From Eledone cirrhosa (taxonomy: Eukaryota), in NCBI GenBank assembly GCA_964016885.1, contig OZ024742.1, forward strand, positions 140,492,001-140,556,000: a stretch of 64,000 nt of DNA, written 5' to 3'. This document shows positions 41,031-54,548 of the stretch, piece after piece. Below the pieces are notes generated by a model. The model ran no database searches, was not told where the DNA came from, and worked only from the letters and a program-made list of their open reading frames with translations. Positions within the stretch are counted from its first letter, which is position 1, and each line of letters starts with the position of its first letter. A program made the translations under genes and the position numbers.

Positions 41031-44000
41031 TGTATATGTATTTATATATGTTATGCTGCTACTAAGGAAATTAAACTCATCACCATCTTTTTACATTCAC
41101 TTTTCTATGCTGGACAAGTCTTTTCAATTCAATATTTCATCAGAGCTATTGTTTTCTTAGACAGGTCAGGTCTATGTATCACTGACATTCCAGTTTTAGC
41201 ATGGTTTCTACAGCTGGATGCTAACAACAACCATTTTACAGGGTGCATTTTATTATGGCACTAGCACTAGGCAGGTTATCATTTTCTTAAACAACTTCAG
41301 AATCTTCTCAACAGTAGGGTTGGCATGAATTCTACAGCCAAATGCCCTTCCTAACATTTACAACTTTACAAAATGTACTGGGTTTTCATTTTATCGTGGC
41401 ACCAGCATTAGAGAGGTCGTTATGTCTTTGGTGTGACCACAGAGTCCTTTCAATCATACAAAAACTTAAATATATATGTCTCATAACATAGTCCATATAT
41501 TGATGTATTTATATTTCCAAAAGAAAAGAGAAAACAATACAAGCACTGTTTTCAGTGATTATGAGATGCTCATCATCATTCTTCATCTGCTTTCTATATT
41601 GGTATTGTTTGTAATGTTGTTACAATCCAAATCAATGGTTATTCAAAGTTTCTATTCTCCTAAATAGATGAGTCGACCTCATACATCCCATTTTGGGTAT
41701 GGTTTCAGCATTATGAAAGGTTAATGGTTAATGGAAGAAAGGGAATGATAAAGAAAATTGACACAGAGATGAAAGGGAAGTGAATTAAAAATAGAAAGGA
41801 GTAGACAGAAAAGAAACAAGAAGAGTTAACAGTATTAACACTCATGCTTCCCGAAATACACCAAAACTACACCTGATGTGCCCCTTCCATACACATGCAC
41901 ACATGTGTGCACTGTTCATTTTACTGATGTTTGTGCATTGCCCTATGTACTGTACATGCACTTTTTTGATGGGTTGTGGTGCACCTGGGCACTGTGCACA
42001 ATATTTCATTATTGTTATTGTTATTATATCATGACTCATACACTGTTTATTTTCCTGACATTTGTACATTATTCTATGTACTATACATGCACCTTCGATG
42101 AGTTGTAGTGCACCTGAGCACTGTACACAATAATTTCATTATTATTATTATTATTACAGTAGCACAAGGGACAAAAGGTGGAAAGAGAGGGGTAGACAGG
42201 GAGTAGAAGTGGCAAGAGATAAAAAAGATAATTTAAAAGAAAAGAGGAGAAAGTGAAACTCAACCAATAGATTATGTAGAGTAGGGAAGAAGAGAAAGAT
42301 AAAAATAATAAAGAAAGGGAGAGACAGGTGAAGGAAAGTAGGATGTGTTTATAGTATAAGAAAGAGAGGGGTGATAAAAAATTTTAAAATAGAGTAGCAG
42401 AGCAAAGAAAAAAAAATCTGTCCCAAGCTCCAAGGCTCATCAAGCTTATGCTTACCCCAGTTTTGCAACTGAGAGTACAAGACACTTCACAGGACAGGAT
42501 GCCAGTCCATAACAAGGTTAACTGCCAACTACTGCTGGTAATCATTTTCAGCTGAGTGAACTTGTAACAGTAATTTGAACTCTTGTTCTGATGTTGGCAA
42601 ACTATCTAGCTAAGAGTCATTTGGCATTTTATTTGAAATAACTTGATCATATTCATTCTGCTTGATCATATTCATTCTGCTCTCGTCTCTCAAAGGAGAC
42701 TCAACAAAAACAGTTTGTTCCAGCAAGTAGGGAGATGTAGCATTTAGCCAAACACTCCAGCCCTATTGACAAGGGCCCATTAGCTTTATTCTTATTGGCA
42801 CTTTCACAAGGTTAGTCCATACATAACTGTAACTATCATTTTTTGAACTCTCTGCATATACATATAACACAACAACAACACAGCCTTGTTTTCTATATTG
42901 TCAACAATAGCCTGATAGCAAGTTATTAAATATATTCAAGTAGCAATTAGGTTTTTATTTCATTACCTATGTGATCAGGATAAATCACTTACCCAAGGAA
43001 TCATCACATCCTCATCATCATAAGGAACACCGTAGCTCACTTGCACGCCCGCAATCTCTGGTCACACACGCAGAGGCAAATCAATCTTTCCCCTACACGC
43101 TGCATAATGGTAACCACATCACAAAGCAATCCACAAGTGAACACGACAATCAAACCAATCACCACATCTCCTCTCACTACAACCAAATAACTTCTTTTTC
43201 GCTACGAACTGGAGCTCTGAGAAATGAAGTGATTTGCTCAAGAACACATGCCACTCAGTAAAAGAATCAAGCCCACAACATTATGATCTTAAGTCCAATA
43301 CCCTAACCATTAGTCTACATATGTTTACTGAGCTAAAATATAGACAATAAAGTAAAGTGGTGACAATATCAGACATTGGACAGCTTTCAATGATGAGTAG
43401 GAAAATGTAAAACAATGAGATTCAGCACTGTGGTGGCAGCAGAGAAGTAGGTGATAGCTACATAAAAGGAAAGATGAGGTAGATGAGAGTGTGATGAGGG
43501 TTAGGAAGAGAGGTTTATAGCGTAACAAGAGATGAGACATACACAGACAAACTATAAGAAATATGTAATAAAGCTAGTTCATTTTTCTATGCTTGCATGG
43601 GTTGGATGAAGCCCAGAGCTTATCCCAATTTCATGAACATGAAGTGTTTGAGAGTAAAAGGTTCCACCTTAGGCTCCCTGCCGGATAGGATGCTAGTCTG
43701 TCACAGGATTAACTTCCAGTTACTTGTAGATATAAGAGATTCAAATCATTTAGTTTTGTGTATTATTTTCCATATAAAATATCCTCCTGTGTCTGGCAGA
43801 ATCAATGTAAAACCACCTACAACAACCATGCGGTAGAAGAAGACTATATATGTGTGTACAAATAAAATAGGTGATAGCTGATTCGAACCATACTGCTAGC
43901 TCGTGGGTGGATGTTAGCTATTTATACTATTACTAACATTGTGTGGGAGCATCAAGTTATCTTACAAGAATCTGTTTAGTAAAAAAAAAAAATTATTATC

Positions 44001-44145
44001 CAAATGGAAAACTACAACAAATATGCGACTCTTAGTATTTCTATTTATGTCATAAACAATAGTTATCTAAATACTACTTCTTACACATTCTTTTTGTCTT
44101 TTTTTTTCTTGTAGTGATTTTTGTTTAATGTTCTATTTTATTTAA

Positions 44146-44170
44146 CGGTGTCACGTGTCAGTTAGCACCG
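44146..44170 (+). promoter_or_regulatory. Putative HYI core promoter (E-box plus initiator-like TCAGTT)
   Basis: TCACGTG at 44151-44157 followed directly by TCAGTT at 44158-44163, about 80 nt upstream of the ATG, at the start of a CpG-retaining zone. Confidence 0.4.
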
Positions 44171-44241
44171 GTTACAGCTAGTTATTCATTGTTTATAACA
44201 TTATAATTAGACGGACTACACTAAACAAACTAAATTCAACC

Positions 44242-44440
44242 ATGTCGACTCTTAAACTGGCTGCAAATTTGTCCATGCTTTTCACTGATATACCCAATTT
44301 ATCCAACCGTTTCTTAGCTGCCAAGGAAGCTGGTTTTCGATATACAGAATGTGCTTTCCCTTACAGTGAAGATATAAGTCTATTAAAAGCTGCGAAAGAA
44401 AAAGCTGGTGTTGAACACGTTCTTATCAACTCGTGGCCCG
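44242..44440 (+). CDS. HYI: Hydroxypyruvate isomerase, first coding exon
   Basis: caaccATG; MSTLKLAANLSMLF...RFLAAKEAGFRYTECAFPY...VLINSWP(G)|gtaaat matches the HYI N-terminus (ANLSxLF, AAxxAGF, LIN.P.G). Confidence 0.93.
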
Positions 44441-44629
44441 GTAAATAATAGTTTAAACGTGCTTTTGTATCATAATAGTTTATTTGTCTGGTGGATTTCA
44501 AAAATAAGTAACTTTGCAACGTTTGAATGCATTATCGTAGAGTTTTCGAAACTTTAAAGTATTTTTCTTTCTTTTTTCATTAATATTTTTTGGATATGTG
44601 TAATTTTCGACTTTGACTTTATACAAGTC

Positions 44630-45200
44630 TAATAGCTTTAACACAATGGCGAAGGCATTGCAGCGGGGAATAGTCGGCGACACCCGCTGTAACAACCACC
44701 TTAACTCACGGGGTTCCTTTCTCAAGCAGGTTGTTATCTTTCCGATATAACGAAAGAAAAAGAAAACAGTATTTCCTGTGCCGAAAGGAAGCGATCGGCC
44801 AAGCTCCGATATTTTGCTAATTTCCTCTCCTCTGCGTTGCGGGTGGCAGTGCCCGGGTTTACGGCTGAAGCGACAAAGTTGGAAGCGAAGATCGAGTCGC
44901 GTCAAAGATTAGGGATTTACCTCCCTCGAGTGCGAAGAGAGTTATTTCTCTGGGTGCTTGCCGTCACTGAGATCAAGGCTAGGTGGCTCTAGTGACGGAA
45001 AGCCGGCCACGTCGAGGCTCCTGATTATGAGCAACGTGTCGAGGCAACCGACCTGCTCTATGGCGGCAGGATAGAAAGAGCAAACTGAACTCGTCAACAA
45101 CGGCATTTGTGTGGCCGAGGTGCAGGGCCACTCCGATGCGAGTGTATTCATCATCAAAATGGATATTGGTTGATGAGGAGGGCGCCAAACGTTATACCGT
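44630..45200 (-). mobile_element. CRE-clade (restriction-like endonuclease) non-LTR retrotransposon 3' fossil
   Basis: Across frames: DD..RIGVALHLG, LSCR..AGRLPRH, RSLDVAGFPSLEP..L...DGK.P, GKSLIFDAT, AEERKL.KY.SL, LLQRVS..I.R.NA. This matches the CCHC/RLE C-terminus of CRE-type elements. Confidence 0.72.
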
Positions 45201-46469
45201 CATTGTAATGCCTCCTAAGCAGCCATCGCATCAATGCTCATTATTACATAAATCCCGCCCCGGTTAACTTTGCTTTTCATCCTTACGGGGTCGATAAAAT
45301 AAAGTACCAGTAATACACTGGGATAATTGCTGGCCTTGTGCCAAATGTAGACACAATTATTACATCAATTCCATCCACCACTTGTCGGCCACCTTACTTT
45401 CATTCCTCGTACAGCCATCTCCATCTCACTGCTACCTCCATCTAATCTTCCTGCCGGCGACTGCCCTTACACTACTCCCCCCTGATTGGAACCTCCACTA
45501 TGGGCAGCGACTTGCAAGAGCGCCTCTACTCACTTCTGAGTGTAGCTATTGGTGCAGTAACTCCCCTTTGACTGTTTCTCTGGTCGCCTGGTTGCCATGT
45601 GTGAACTCTGACACCAGAAGCACTGGCCTCTGAATGCCTGCGGCTGAACGTTGATGGAGGGCTTTTCTTCCCTCGTCACTCTTTGATCTCTGTCAACTGC
45701 TAATGCCACAACATTCCGCTCAATGTCTCGTGTCACTATGCAGGCCCATGTGATTATTTAGCTCATGTCCATTTTGTTGGAGCCTCGCCAAATTCATTTA
45801 TGCTTTGCTGTTCTTTGCTTATTGACTTTGAAAGGATGAAAGGCAGAGTGTAAGGAGAGAGAGCCGGAATGAATACTGTAAATAATTCTCTCTGATGCCT
45901 GAATGATTGTCAATTATTTTTACAGCTGATTGCTTTTACTTCAAATCACTAAATCAAAGAAAATAAGAGTAATATAATTGGCTCCCGTATAAGGATGGGA
46001 ATTAGATAAACTGGAGCAGTTATATGTACTTAACTGAACTCCAGATCATGGAGTTGTTAATCTAGTAGTTATACTTGTGGATGAAGCTATGGTTGAATGG
46101 TTAAGAAGTTCACTTTGCAATCATGTGGTCTTGGGTTTCATTCCACTGCGTGGCTTCTTGAGCAAGTGTCATTGCTATAGTCTTGAGTTGACCCATGCCT
46201 GATGAGTAAAATTGGGTAGATGGAAACTGTGGCAGCCCATTTGATGGACTATATTAATAATCCAAAGGTCCAGCTTTGTTATAAATTGTGTCACACTCAT
46301 TCAGATAAGGAATTGCATTATGGATACATATGTGGAATACTCAGCCACACACATGTTAATTCCCAAGTGATTATAAAAGCTGCAATAGCTGGAGGAGGAT
46401 TGTGGCTGTCTGCTACTGCAGTCGAATGATGATGTGGTATATGTGTGTGTGTGTGGGGGGGGGGGTGAT

Positions 46470-47210
46470 CATTGTCCATCCTCTGTTCCAAATGCAATCT
46501 ATGGGTACACAAAAGATGTAGCTGGATCTCAGGAAGGCTAGCAAAGAACATAGGTTTTATATGTGGTCGTTGCACAAGAGCAGTAAGCTCACAGGAAACA
46601 AGCTCTATCAAATTCTTAGGGGATTCCGAAGCAGCAGTTGACAGCTTCTGTTATCTGGGTGACAAAATTAGCAGTGGAGGTAGGTGTTCCCTAAGTACAG
46701 TAGTCAGAGTAAGAATGAGATGGAGAAAGTTCAGGAAACTACTGCTGCAGCTAGCTACAAAAGGTTTTTCCCTCAAAATGAAGGCAGATTATATGATGCA
46801 TGTATATGAACAGCAATGATGCATGGTAGTGAGGCCTGGGTGCTGTGTGCTGAGGACCGATGAAGATTGGAAAGAAATGAAGCTTGCACTGTTCTGATGG
46901 ATGTGTAATAGTAATATGCATGAACAGCAAAGCATAAATGAATTTAGAGAGAAACTGGGCATAAAAGGGATCAGCTGCAGTGTGCAGGAGAGGAAATTGC
47001 AGTGGTAGGGACATGTGATATATATGAAGGATGATAACAGTATAAAAAAGTGTAGGCTACTCAAAGTTGAGAGAAGCTATGGAAGAGACTGACTTAGGAA
47101 AGTTTGGAATGAGGTGATAAAAGCTGACCTTGCACAATTGCACTTCTGAAAAGCAATGACACAGGATTGAGATCTCTGGCATTATGCAGGACTGCAGAAG
47201 ACCCGCCTTC
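46470..47210 (+). mobile_element. RTE LINE 3' fragment with PHD-like finger
   Basis: SILCSKCNLWVHKRCS...FICGRC...FCYLGD...WRKFRKLL. Confidence 0.85.
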
Positions 47211-47879
47211 CCATGTGTATGGGATGAAGCAATATCTACTGGTCTCAAGTATGCAGCACTTCTCCCCACTCTATACAGTACTGCAGAATACACACCTTCC
47301 CATGTGTACTGGATGAAGCAACATCTATCAGTCTCTAGTATGCACTACTTCTCCCTCTCCCCTCCCACGCACCTCTCATGTTTTAACATTCTACCCATCA
47401 CCAGCTAAATACCCTACCCATGACCTAGCATTCCAATTTCCACCCTACATACAACCCCACCCCCACTTTTCATATCTGACGCACCTCTCTTGACCAATAA
47501 GCATGGAAAGCTGAACACGCTCTCCCACAATACTGCTGAAATGGTTAATGGCAAAGAGTTCTCAGTCAACCCTGTAAGGTGGTCATGCTGGTGGCCACTC
47601 CACAGCGTGGATCGGGTGCTTCTGTTGTGCCACCAACACGACCACCTCACAGGGTGGACTGGGTGCTTATTTGTCATGTCACCAGCACGATCATCATGCA
47701 GGGAGGGTTAGGTGATCTATGTCATGACACCACTATGGGCTTTTGTTGTGTCACCAGTGTGTTCATCTTTCTATACTTGTATACAGGGATTGGTCAAGGG
47801 AGATGCATTAGATATAGAAAGTGTGGGTGGGGTATGTAGCTGGTGAGGGAATTGAATGATTAAGACTGACCTCAAACTC

Positions 47880-48880
47880 TCCCTTGAAATGGATAGGGCA
47901 GAAAGAGAAGCCGGAGCTATAGAAAACAGAAACTAACCTTAAGGCTTTCTTTAAATTTGCAAAAGAGACCGCCTCGGTACACTATGAGACAGGGCCACTT
48001 TTCCATAAAAGTGGCTTACTGACCGCAAATCCCTAAGGGGTACGTGAGGTATTGAATGAACAATACAAAGGTGTTTTCACACCTCCAATGAGACACATGC
48101 AAATAACCAAGCCAGACATGTTCTTTAGCATCACTGCATTACACCGAGAAATGGCAACCATCAACCACATAGATATAATGGTGAAAGATGTAATATCAGC
48201 CATAGATGAAATGAGACCAAATTCAGCTGCTGGTCCTGATGGTTTCCCAGCAATCTTCCTCAAAACATGCAAGCGAACATTAGCACAACCACTGCAGATC
48301 TTCTTCCAAAACTCTCTTGCAAGTTGTAAACTACCCAGAAAACTAAAAGTATGCATAATATATCCTATCTCAAAGCAAAAGCAGATGCTAAAAACTATGA
48401 CCTGTCTCCCTGACCTCACATATCAGCAAAGTCATGGAATGAATGATCAGAAAGAAACTGATCACTTTTATAGAGGAAAATGGTCTTCTAACTGACACCC
48501 AGCATGGCTTTTGGCCAGGTAGAAGTTACCTTATGCAGCTTTTGTAGCATTATGATTGGGTACTGAAACAGCTGCTAGACTGTTTGAATAGGGATGTGAT
48601 ATATATTGACTTTGCGAAGGTTTTCAACAAGGTTGATCATTGAATAGGACCACTACTGTTTGTGGTGGCTCTCTCAGACATGCCCTCTGTAATATAGACA
48701 ACCACCCTCACTAGCTATGCTGACGACACGAAAGTAGTACAGACAATCAAGAAACTAGCTGATGCTACTCCCTTACAATATGATTTAGATGCCATATACA
48801 AATGAGCTGAGGACAACAATATGCAGTTTAATGCTGGAAAATTTCTAGCCCTCTGCTATCAATATGCAAACCCCATACCT
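47880..48880 (+). mobile_element. CR1/Jockey-group LINE RT fragment
   Basis: SAAGPDGFPAIFLKTC, QHGF..GRS, IYIDFAK.F.KVDH, SYADDTK, NNMQFN..K. Confidence 0.8.
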
Positions 48881-48949
48881 CTAGAAAAGTGATCAGTTTC
48901 TTTCTGATGATTCGTTCCATAACTTTGCTGATATGTGAGGTCAGGGAGA

Positions 48950-51275
48950 CTGCTTTACAGTGTGAACTGGGTGATTTTTGTCATGTCACCAACACAACCA
49001 CTTTACAGTGTGGGCTTGGTGCTTTTTGTTGTGACACCTGTACAACACACCTAGGTGTGGATTGGGGACTTAGGTGGGGAAGATACAAGAGGAATTGGGG
49101 AGATAGTTATAGGGGTGGGGTGATTACAGCGAAGGGTATGGGTTGGATGATGGGAGGGCAGGGGGTGCATACTAGATGTATGCCTCAGCTCCTGCATGTG
49201 GGTGGGCGGGTCTTCTGTATTACTGCATAGTGCCAGAGATCACGATCGTGTGTCATTGCCTATGAGAGGTGCAATTGTGCAAGGTTAGCTTTTATCACTT
49301 CATCCCAAGTCTTCCTTGGCCTGCTCTCTCCATAGCTTCATATGCATCACATGTCCATACCAACACAATCTCCTCTCCTGCACACTGCATCTGGTCGTTC
49401 TTATGCCTAATTTCTCTCACAGTTCATTTACGCTTTGCCGTTCACGTATATTACTATTGCATATCTATCGAAGCATGAAGGCGTCATTTATTTCCAATCT
49501 TCGCAGGTCTTGCTAATGTGCAACATAGTTGTTCGTATACATGCATCATAGAATCTGCCTTTCGTTTTGAGGGAAAAATCTTTTGTAGTTAGCAGCGATA
49601 GTAACTCCCTGAACTTTCTCCAACCCGTTCTCACTCTGGCTACTGTGCTTTCGGGACACCCTCCTCCATTGCTAATTGGGTCACCCAGGTAACAGAAATT
49701 ACTACTACTTCTACAGAGGCCTCTGGGCATTTGAAGGAGTTCATATACTGAAAGCTCTTACTACATACAGTCCCTGTGCACTGGCCACATGTAAAACCAG
49801 GAGTTCCCATGGGCACCCAGTTTAAACTCCTCCGTTTTTGCCTGCAGGACGATATTAACAGGAGAGGGCTAAGAACTGAGCCCTAATGGACACCGACCTG
49901 CATGCTGAATTCTTCGCTATAGTCATTCTTAATTCTAATCTTGCTGACTGTTCTTCTCTATATGGCTTATCCTGCCCTCACAAGCCACTCGTCTACTCCT
50001 AGTATCCTAAGAGCCCGGCACATAATGGAATGGGGGATTCTGTCATAAGCTTTCTCCAGGTCCACAAAAGCCAAATAGAGGAGTTTACCTTTAGCTAGGT
50101 ACTTCTCCTGGAGTCACCTTACAAGGAAGAGGGCATCTGTGGGACTTTTACCTGGTGCAAATCCAAACTGCATCTCATCTGGGTTAACTCGTTCCCTAAT
50201 CAGCTGTGCTATAACTCTTTCTGTGACCTTCATAACCTGGTCAACCAACTTAATGCCTCTTTAGTTTTCTCTATCTAGAGCATCACCTTTGCCCTTGTAG
50301 TAGTTGACTATGATGCTATTACTATAGTCATTTGGTATAACACCATTTGTATTATTTAGTTTACAATGCAGAAGATTATGGTGTGGCCCACCATTCCTGA
50401 TGCTTTCTGCTGGCGGTCCAGCTGCTCTATCTGTCTTTATATCCTTAACTTAATTTCCTTACTTACTTTACTTATGCTGGATTACGTGGAGCAAACTATT
50501 TTCTTCTCATACATTCTCCTCATTCAGTAATCTTTCATCGTGGCACTTTCATGTTACCTTCTATTCAGCATCAGTGAGGGCAGGTTTGCTATAATCATTT
50601 CGGACACACTTCTCCCCACTAACATAACAATTTTCCCTGACACATTGTCTTGTGATCCTGAACACCTCACAATGTTGGTCCTCACGCTGGAAAACATGCT
50701 TAAACTTTTTATTTTCTGCTTCCCTTGGTGCAAGGTATACTTGACGCCTCTTCTAGCCCCATTTCGCCATTCATTCCAAGCCTGTCTTTTGGCCTTAATT
50801 GTCTCGTCTACCCTAATGTTCCACCGCCAAGTCACTCCCCTTCTCCCCAGAGACCTACTCCAACCACAAATTTCATTTCCCCACCTTCAGTAGGTTATCT
50901 TTCAGGAACTGCCACTGCTCCTCTATATCGTGTATCTCTATTTGCTCTTCCTTACTGTTGAAAGCATCAATCAACATACTTCTAAATTTGTTACTGGTTG
51001 ATGGGTCTTTTAACTTCCATATTCTTTTCCTCTGGGTTGTTTTCTGTTGCTGGGTTCTTCTAGCCCTGACTATAAGGTCACTAACTACTAAGTTATGTTG
51101 GGAGGTACATTCTTCACTATGAAATCTATCTGGCTGGCATGCTCACCTGATCTATAAGTGATTAAGTGATTGTCTTGTTTTTTTTTAAAGTTTGTGTTAC
51201 AGATAGATAGGTCAGTTGTGCTGCAGAATTCTAGGAATCAAAAAGCTTCTTCGTTTCTAAGCCCGAACCCATAAC
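48950..51275 (-). mobile_element. Degenerate RTE LINE, same family as 36795-41030
   Basis: Collinear fragments: IWKLKDP, NYRGIKL-like, DLEKA, FCYLGD...ARVRTGWRKFRELL. Confidence 0.85.
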
Positions 51276-51441
51276 AATCCCTCCAAATTCTCGATTATTT
51301 TCAAAATTAATTGAAAATCATAGGCAATGTTTTTTGTTATATTTTTATTATTAAGAATATGATAATGAAAGTATCAACTTTAGTGAATATAAATTTGGAG
51401 ATGATGTTATAAGCTAGACTGTATTTTTTGTTCTTGAACAG

Positions 51442-51553
51442 GTAATTTGGCCAGTGGAGATCTTGGTATAGCAGCATTGACAAATGAACGAAATACATTC
51501 CGAGAGAAGTTGGAACTTACTATAGAATATGCAAAAGCACTTGACTGTAAACG
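51442..51553 (+). CDS. HYI: Hydroxypyruvate isomerase, second coding exon
   Basis: aacag|GT AAT...AAA CG|gtacag; (G)NLASGDLGIAALTNERNTFREKLELTIEYAKALDCK(R), matching GxxGxxA...YAKALxC of HYI; phase 1 continues exon 1. Not called in the ORF track. Confidence 0.93.
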
Positions 51554-52261
51554 GTACAGATAACATTTCAGTTTCTTTTTTGGAGAGAAATGTATGTCTT
51601 TAGTTAGAATGGGCACTTCACTTTAACTTTTGTAATGATTGAGTAGAACATATCTAAAAACAAGATTGTTAATTCAAATGTTTATAATATCTTTATTAGT
51701 TGACAAATCTTTAAATTTGCAGTAGTAAAGTAAAGACATTAATTTTTCATGTGATTCAGTCATGGTGCTGTTTTGTAATTTACAAGAATGTCATGCTTAT
51801 GTGATTTCATGTGGTTCAGGGTATTAAGAGTCAAATATGAAACCAATTCCTCCTTTGAACTAAACATCAGTAGTAATTATTGTTTTTTTACCTTTTAATC
51901 TTAAGCTTACACACATGCATGCACACACACAGGCATGAGTGTATGGTTAAGGAGTTTGCCTCACAACCAGGTTCTATCAGATTCAGTCACACTGCATAGC
52001 ACCTTGTACAAATATCTCCTGCTGTAACCTTTGGCTGACTAATGCCTTGTGAGTGAAATATGGTAGACAGAAAAACAGAAAATATACAGAAGTCCACTGT
52101 GTGTGTATGTATGTGTGTGTGTATATACATATATATATATATGTATTGGAATTTCGTATTTATAGTTTTCTCGTCTGTGTAAATGAGGTGATTAGCTACG
52201 GCTTTCTAAATGTTTACTTATAAACATACCGTATTTCTTTAAAAATACGAAATTCCAATAT

Positions 52262-52660
52262 ATATCTGAGAAATGAGGCAAGCATGCTCCGTTGGATGTG
52301 CAGTGTAAATGTGCGTGAACGACCCAGCATAAATGTGTTGAGAGAGAAACTGTGTCTGAGAGGGATAGAATGTAGTGTACGGGAGAGGTGACTGAGGTGG
52401 TATGGACATGTGATGCGCATGGAGGATGACCGATGGGTGAAGAAGTGCCAGGAAATGCCAGTTGAAGGAAGACGTGGTAGAGGTAGACCACGAAAAACAT
52501 GGGCGGAGGTGGTGAGAACAGACCTCAGATCATTGAAGCTCACGGTGGAGATGATGAGGGACCGTGACGAGTGGAGGGATCCTGTGCTGAATAAGACCCG
52601 TCCCACCCTTGCAAGCAGGGAAAAGCGGACGTAAAATGATGATGATGATGATGATGATGA
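52262..52660 (+). mobile_element. RTE 3' fragment with (TGA)n tail
   Basis: RWYGHVMRMEDDRWVKKC...GRGRPRKTW; tail at 52637-52660. Confidence 0.88.
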
Positions 52661-52700
52661 TACAGCTATGTGTGAAGCTAAATTCTAATTTTATATATAT

Positions 52701-54548
52701 AAGTAGTAACACAACAGTTAGTTCACCATACCAAGAACAATTGTTTCACCTTATGGGGATCTTCAACTCGCACTGGTAATGGTTATATGGAACAGGAAGA
52801 GCAACCGTATGAACGTGCATGCACAGAAACGGTCCCTTCACCCAAGCGATACAAAACCACGGGCGAAAGCTGTAAGGGAGATAACTGCGAATGTCCGGAA
52901 TAAAATGTTCGAGTTGATTAAAAAATTAGAATGTTGTTGTTATTCAATCCGGAGCTTTGTAGTTATGCAAGAGCTGTTTCCAGACATGTGGACAACGTGA
53001 GAAGATTTCATTTCTTGAATTTAGGCAATCGCTATTGCGTAATCTCCTTAGAATATTTATCCTTTCTTCAAAACACAGTCCACAAGACGGATTACCCCTT
53101 TCATATGGCTTGGACTTAGTGATGGCTTTCCATTGAATGGAGTAGTCTATACCTGAGTCTTTGAGGGACCATACATGGCTCACAAGCTTCGTCGATGATC
53201 ATTTGTCCGGGTACCTAAAGGTTGACTGATGACTTAGGAAGCGTTCCTTAAATCGGCCCTCTGCCATACCCACATAGGATTTGACCTTCTGTGGTTTATT
53301 TGGTCAGTTGGAAGTGACCACAGCTTCATAAACTACAGCGGGTGTGTTGCATTGCTGTTGAAGGGGACAAGCTTCAGACTTTTAGCAAGAGCATCCTGGT
53401 GGGATGCCACTCTTAGGACTGTTGGTGATGTGGGCCTTCATATTCTTAGCGCAGGAGTACCCTAGTTTTACTCTGTGTCTGTTAAAGATGGAGCAGTATT
53501 TGTGATCTATGGGAAAGTGTCTATCTAAGATGGCTAAAAAATGTTTTCCTACATTAGTTTTAACGTTGAGTGAGAAGGGAGGAGAAAACCAGATAGTTTG
53601 TCTATTGTTACGATTTCTTTTCTTATTGCTGTTGGTGCTAGTGGGAGAGTAAGTGATAGGTTGCAAGAAGCCACTGTTAGCTAACGCCGTGTTGTAGTAG
53701 GGGGACACTCTGTCAAAGATTGCTTTATTAGTGGAAAGGTTAGAGATTGTAGTACTGATATTATTTACAAAGTTTCTAAAAACAGTAGGAGGGTGGCATG
53801 AGTCCTTGTGTATGTAATTAAGTTTTTCGTTTGGTTTATGGAAGGGTCTGAAGGTATGTGTGCGAAGGTCTAAATTAATCTCTAAGAAATCTATGCTAGA
53901 GAGGTTGGTAGCTACCATTATCCTAAGTCCTAACATATTAAAAGTAGAAATTAAATCTTTTTCAAACCGGTCCAGGTCGTGACCACATTTATAGCTCAAT
54001 AAGGTTAGACCATCAGCGTGGTATATTCCCATGTGGAAGTCCTGGAATCTAACATGTAATATATCTAAAATAAATAAGCCAACCAAGTCGCATACATCAG
54101 CACTGTCGAACGATCCCATGGAGACGTCGAATAGCTCTGAAGTGGTTGACTTCTTTGTCCAGGCTACTCCGTCGTTGAAGAGGAGGGTTTTGCGGCAGTG
54201 TGGATGGTAGTGTAAGTGGTATCAAAGTCCAACGCTTTGTTTAACAGGGTCTCTGAGATCGATGGGTAAAAGTCCATAATGTCGAATTGCGTGAACTTCG
54301 CTTTCTTGGAGTTGAAGGAGTTAAACCACTTAATGATGGACTCACTGTTCTCCCACTGGGACAGGTTGGACTTGGTCCTAATGGTCTTAACTATGTTCCT
54401 AAGTATAGCCTTATTTCCGCGCGTGCCGGGTTTAGTTGGCTACACGTGGGATTAGAAACAAAGTCTACCTTGTGATCCTTCAGGGTGAGAAACGCCTCAC
54501 ATTTTAGCTAAGCATTGTAGTTTCTTATCTACCTTAAGGGCAGCAGCA
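52701..54548 (-). mobile_element. Penelope-like element, 5'-truncated (RT plus GIY-YIG), left arm
   Basis: MGSFDSADVCDLVGLFIL, FRPFHKPN...YIHKDSCHPP, IWFSPPFS, and C-terminal YSIQWKAI...CGLCFEERINIL...LNSRNEIFSRCPH; upstream RT sequence (FYPSISE) continues to about 54548. Confidence 0.92.
52732..52770 (-). ncRNA. Minimal hammerhead motif in Penelope 3' region (left arm), C3U variant
   Basis: Same as 55952-55990 except that the core reads UUGAAGA. Confidence 0.6.

Noticed and set aside
44650-44700. Hairpin CAGCGGG...CCCGCTG as a possible ncRNA
   Set aside because: Lies within the coding remnant of the CRE element (LLQRVS..I.R.NA).
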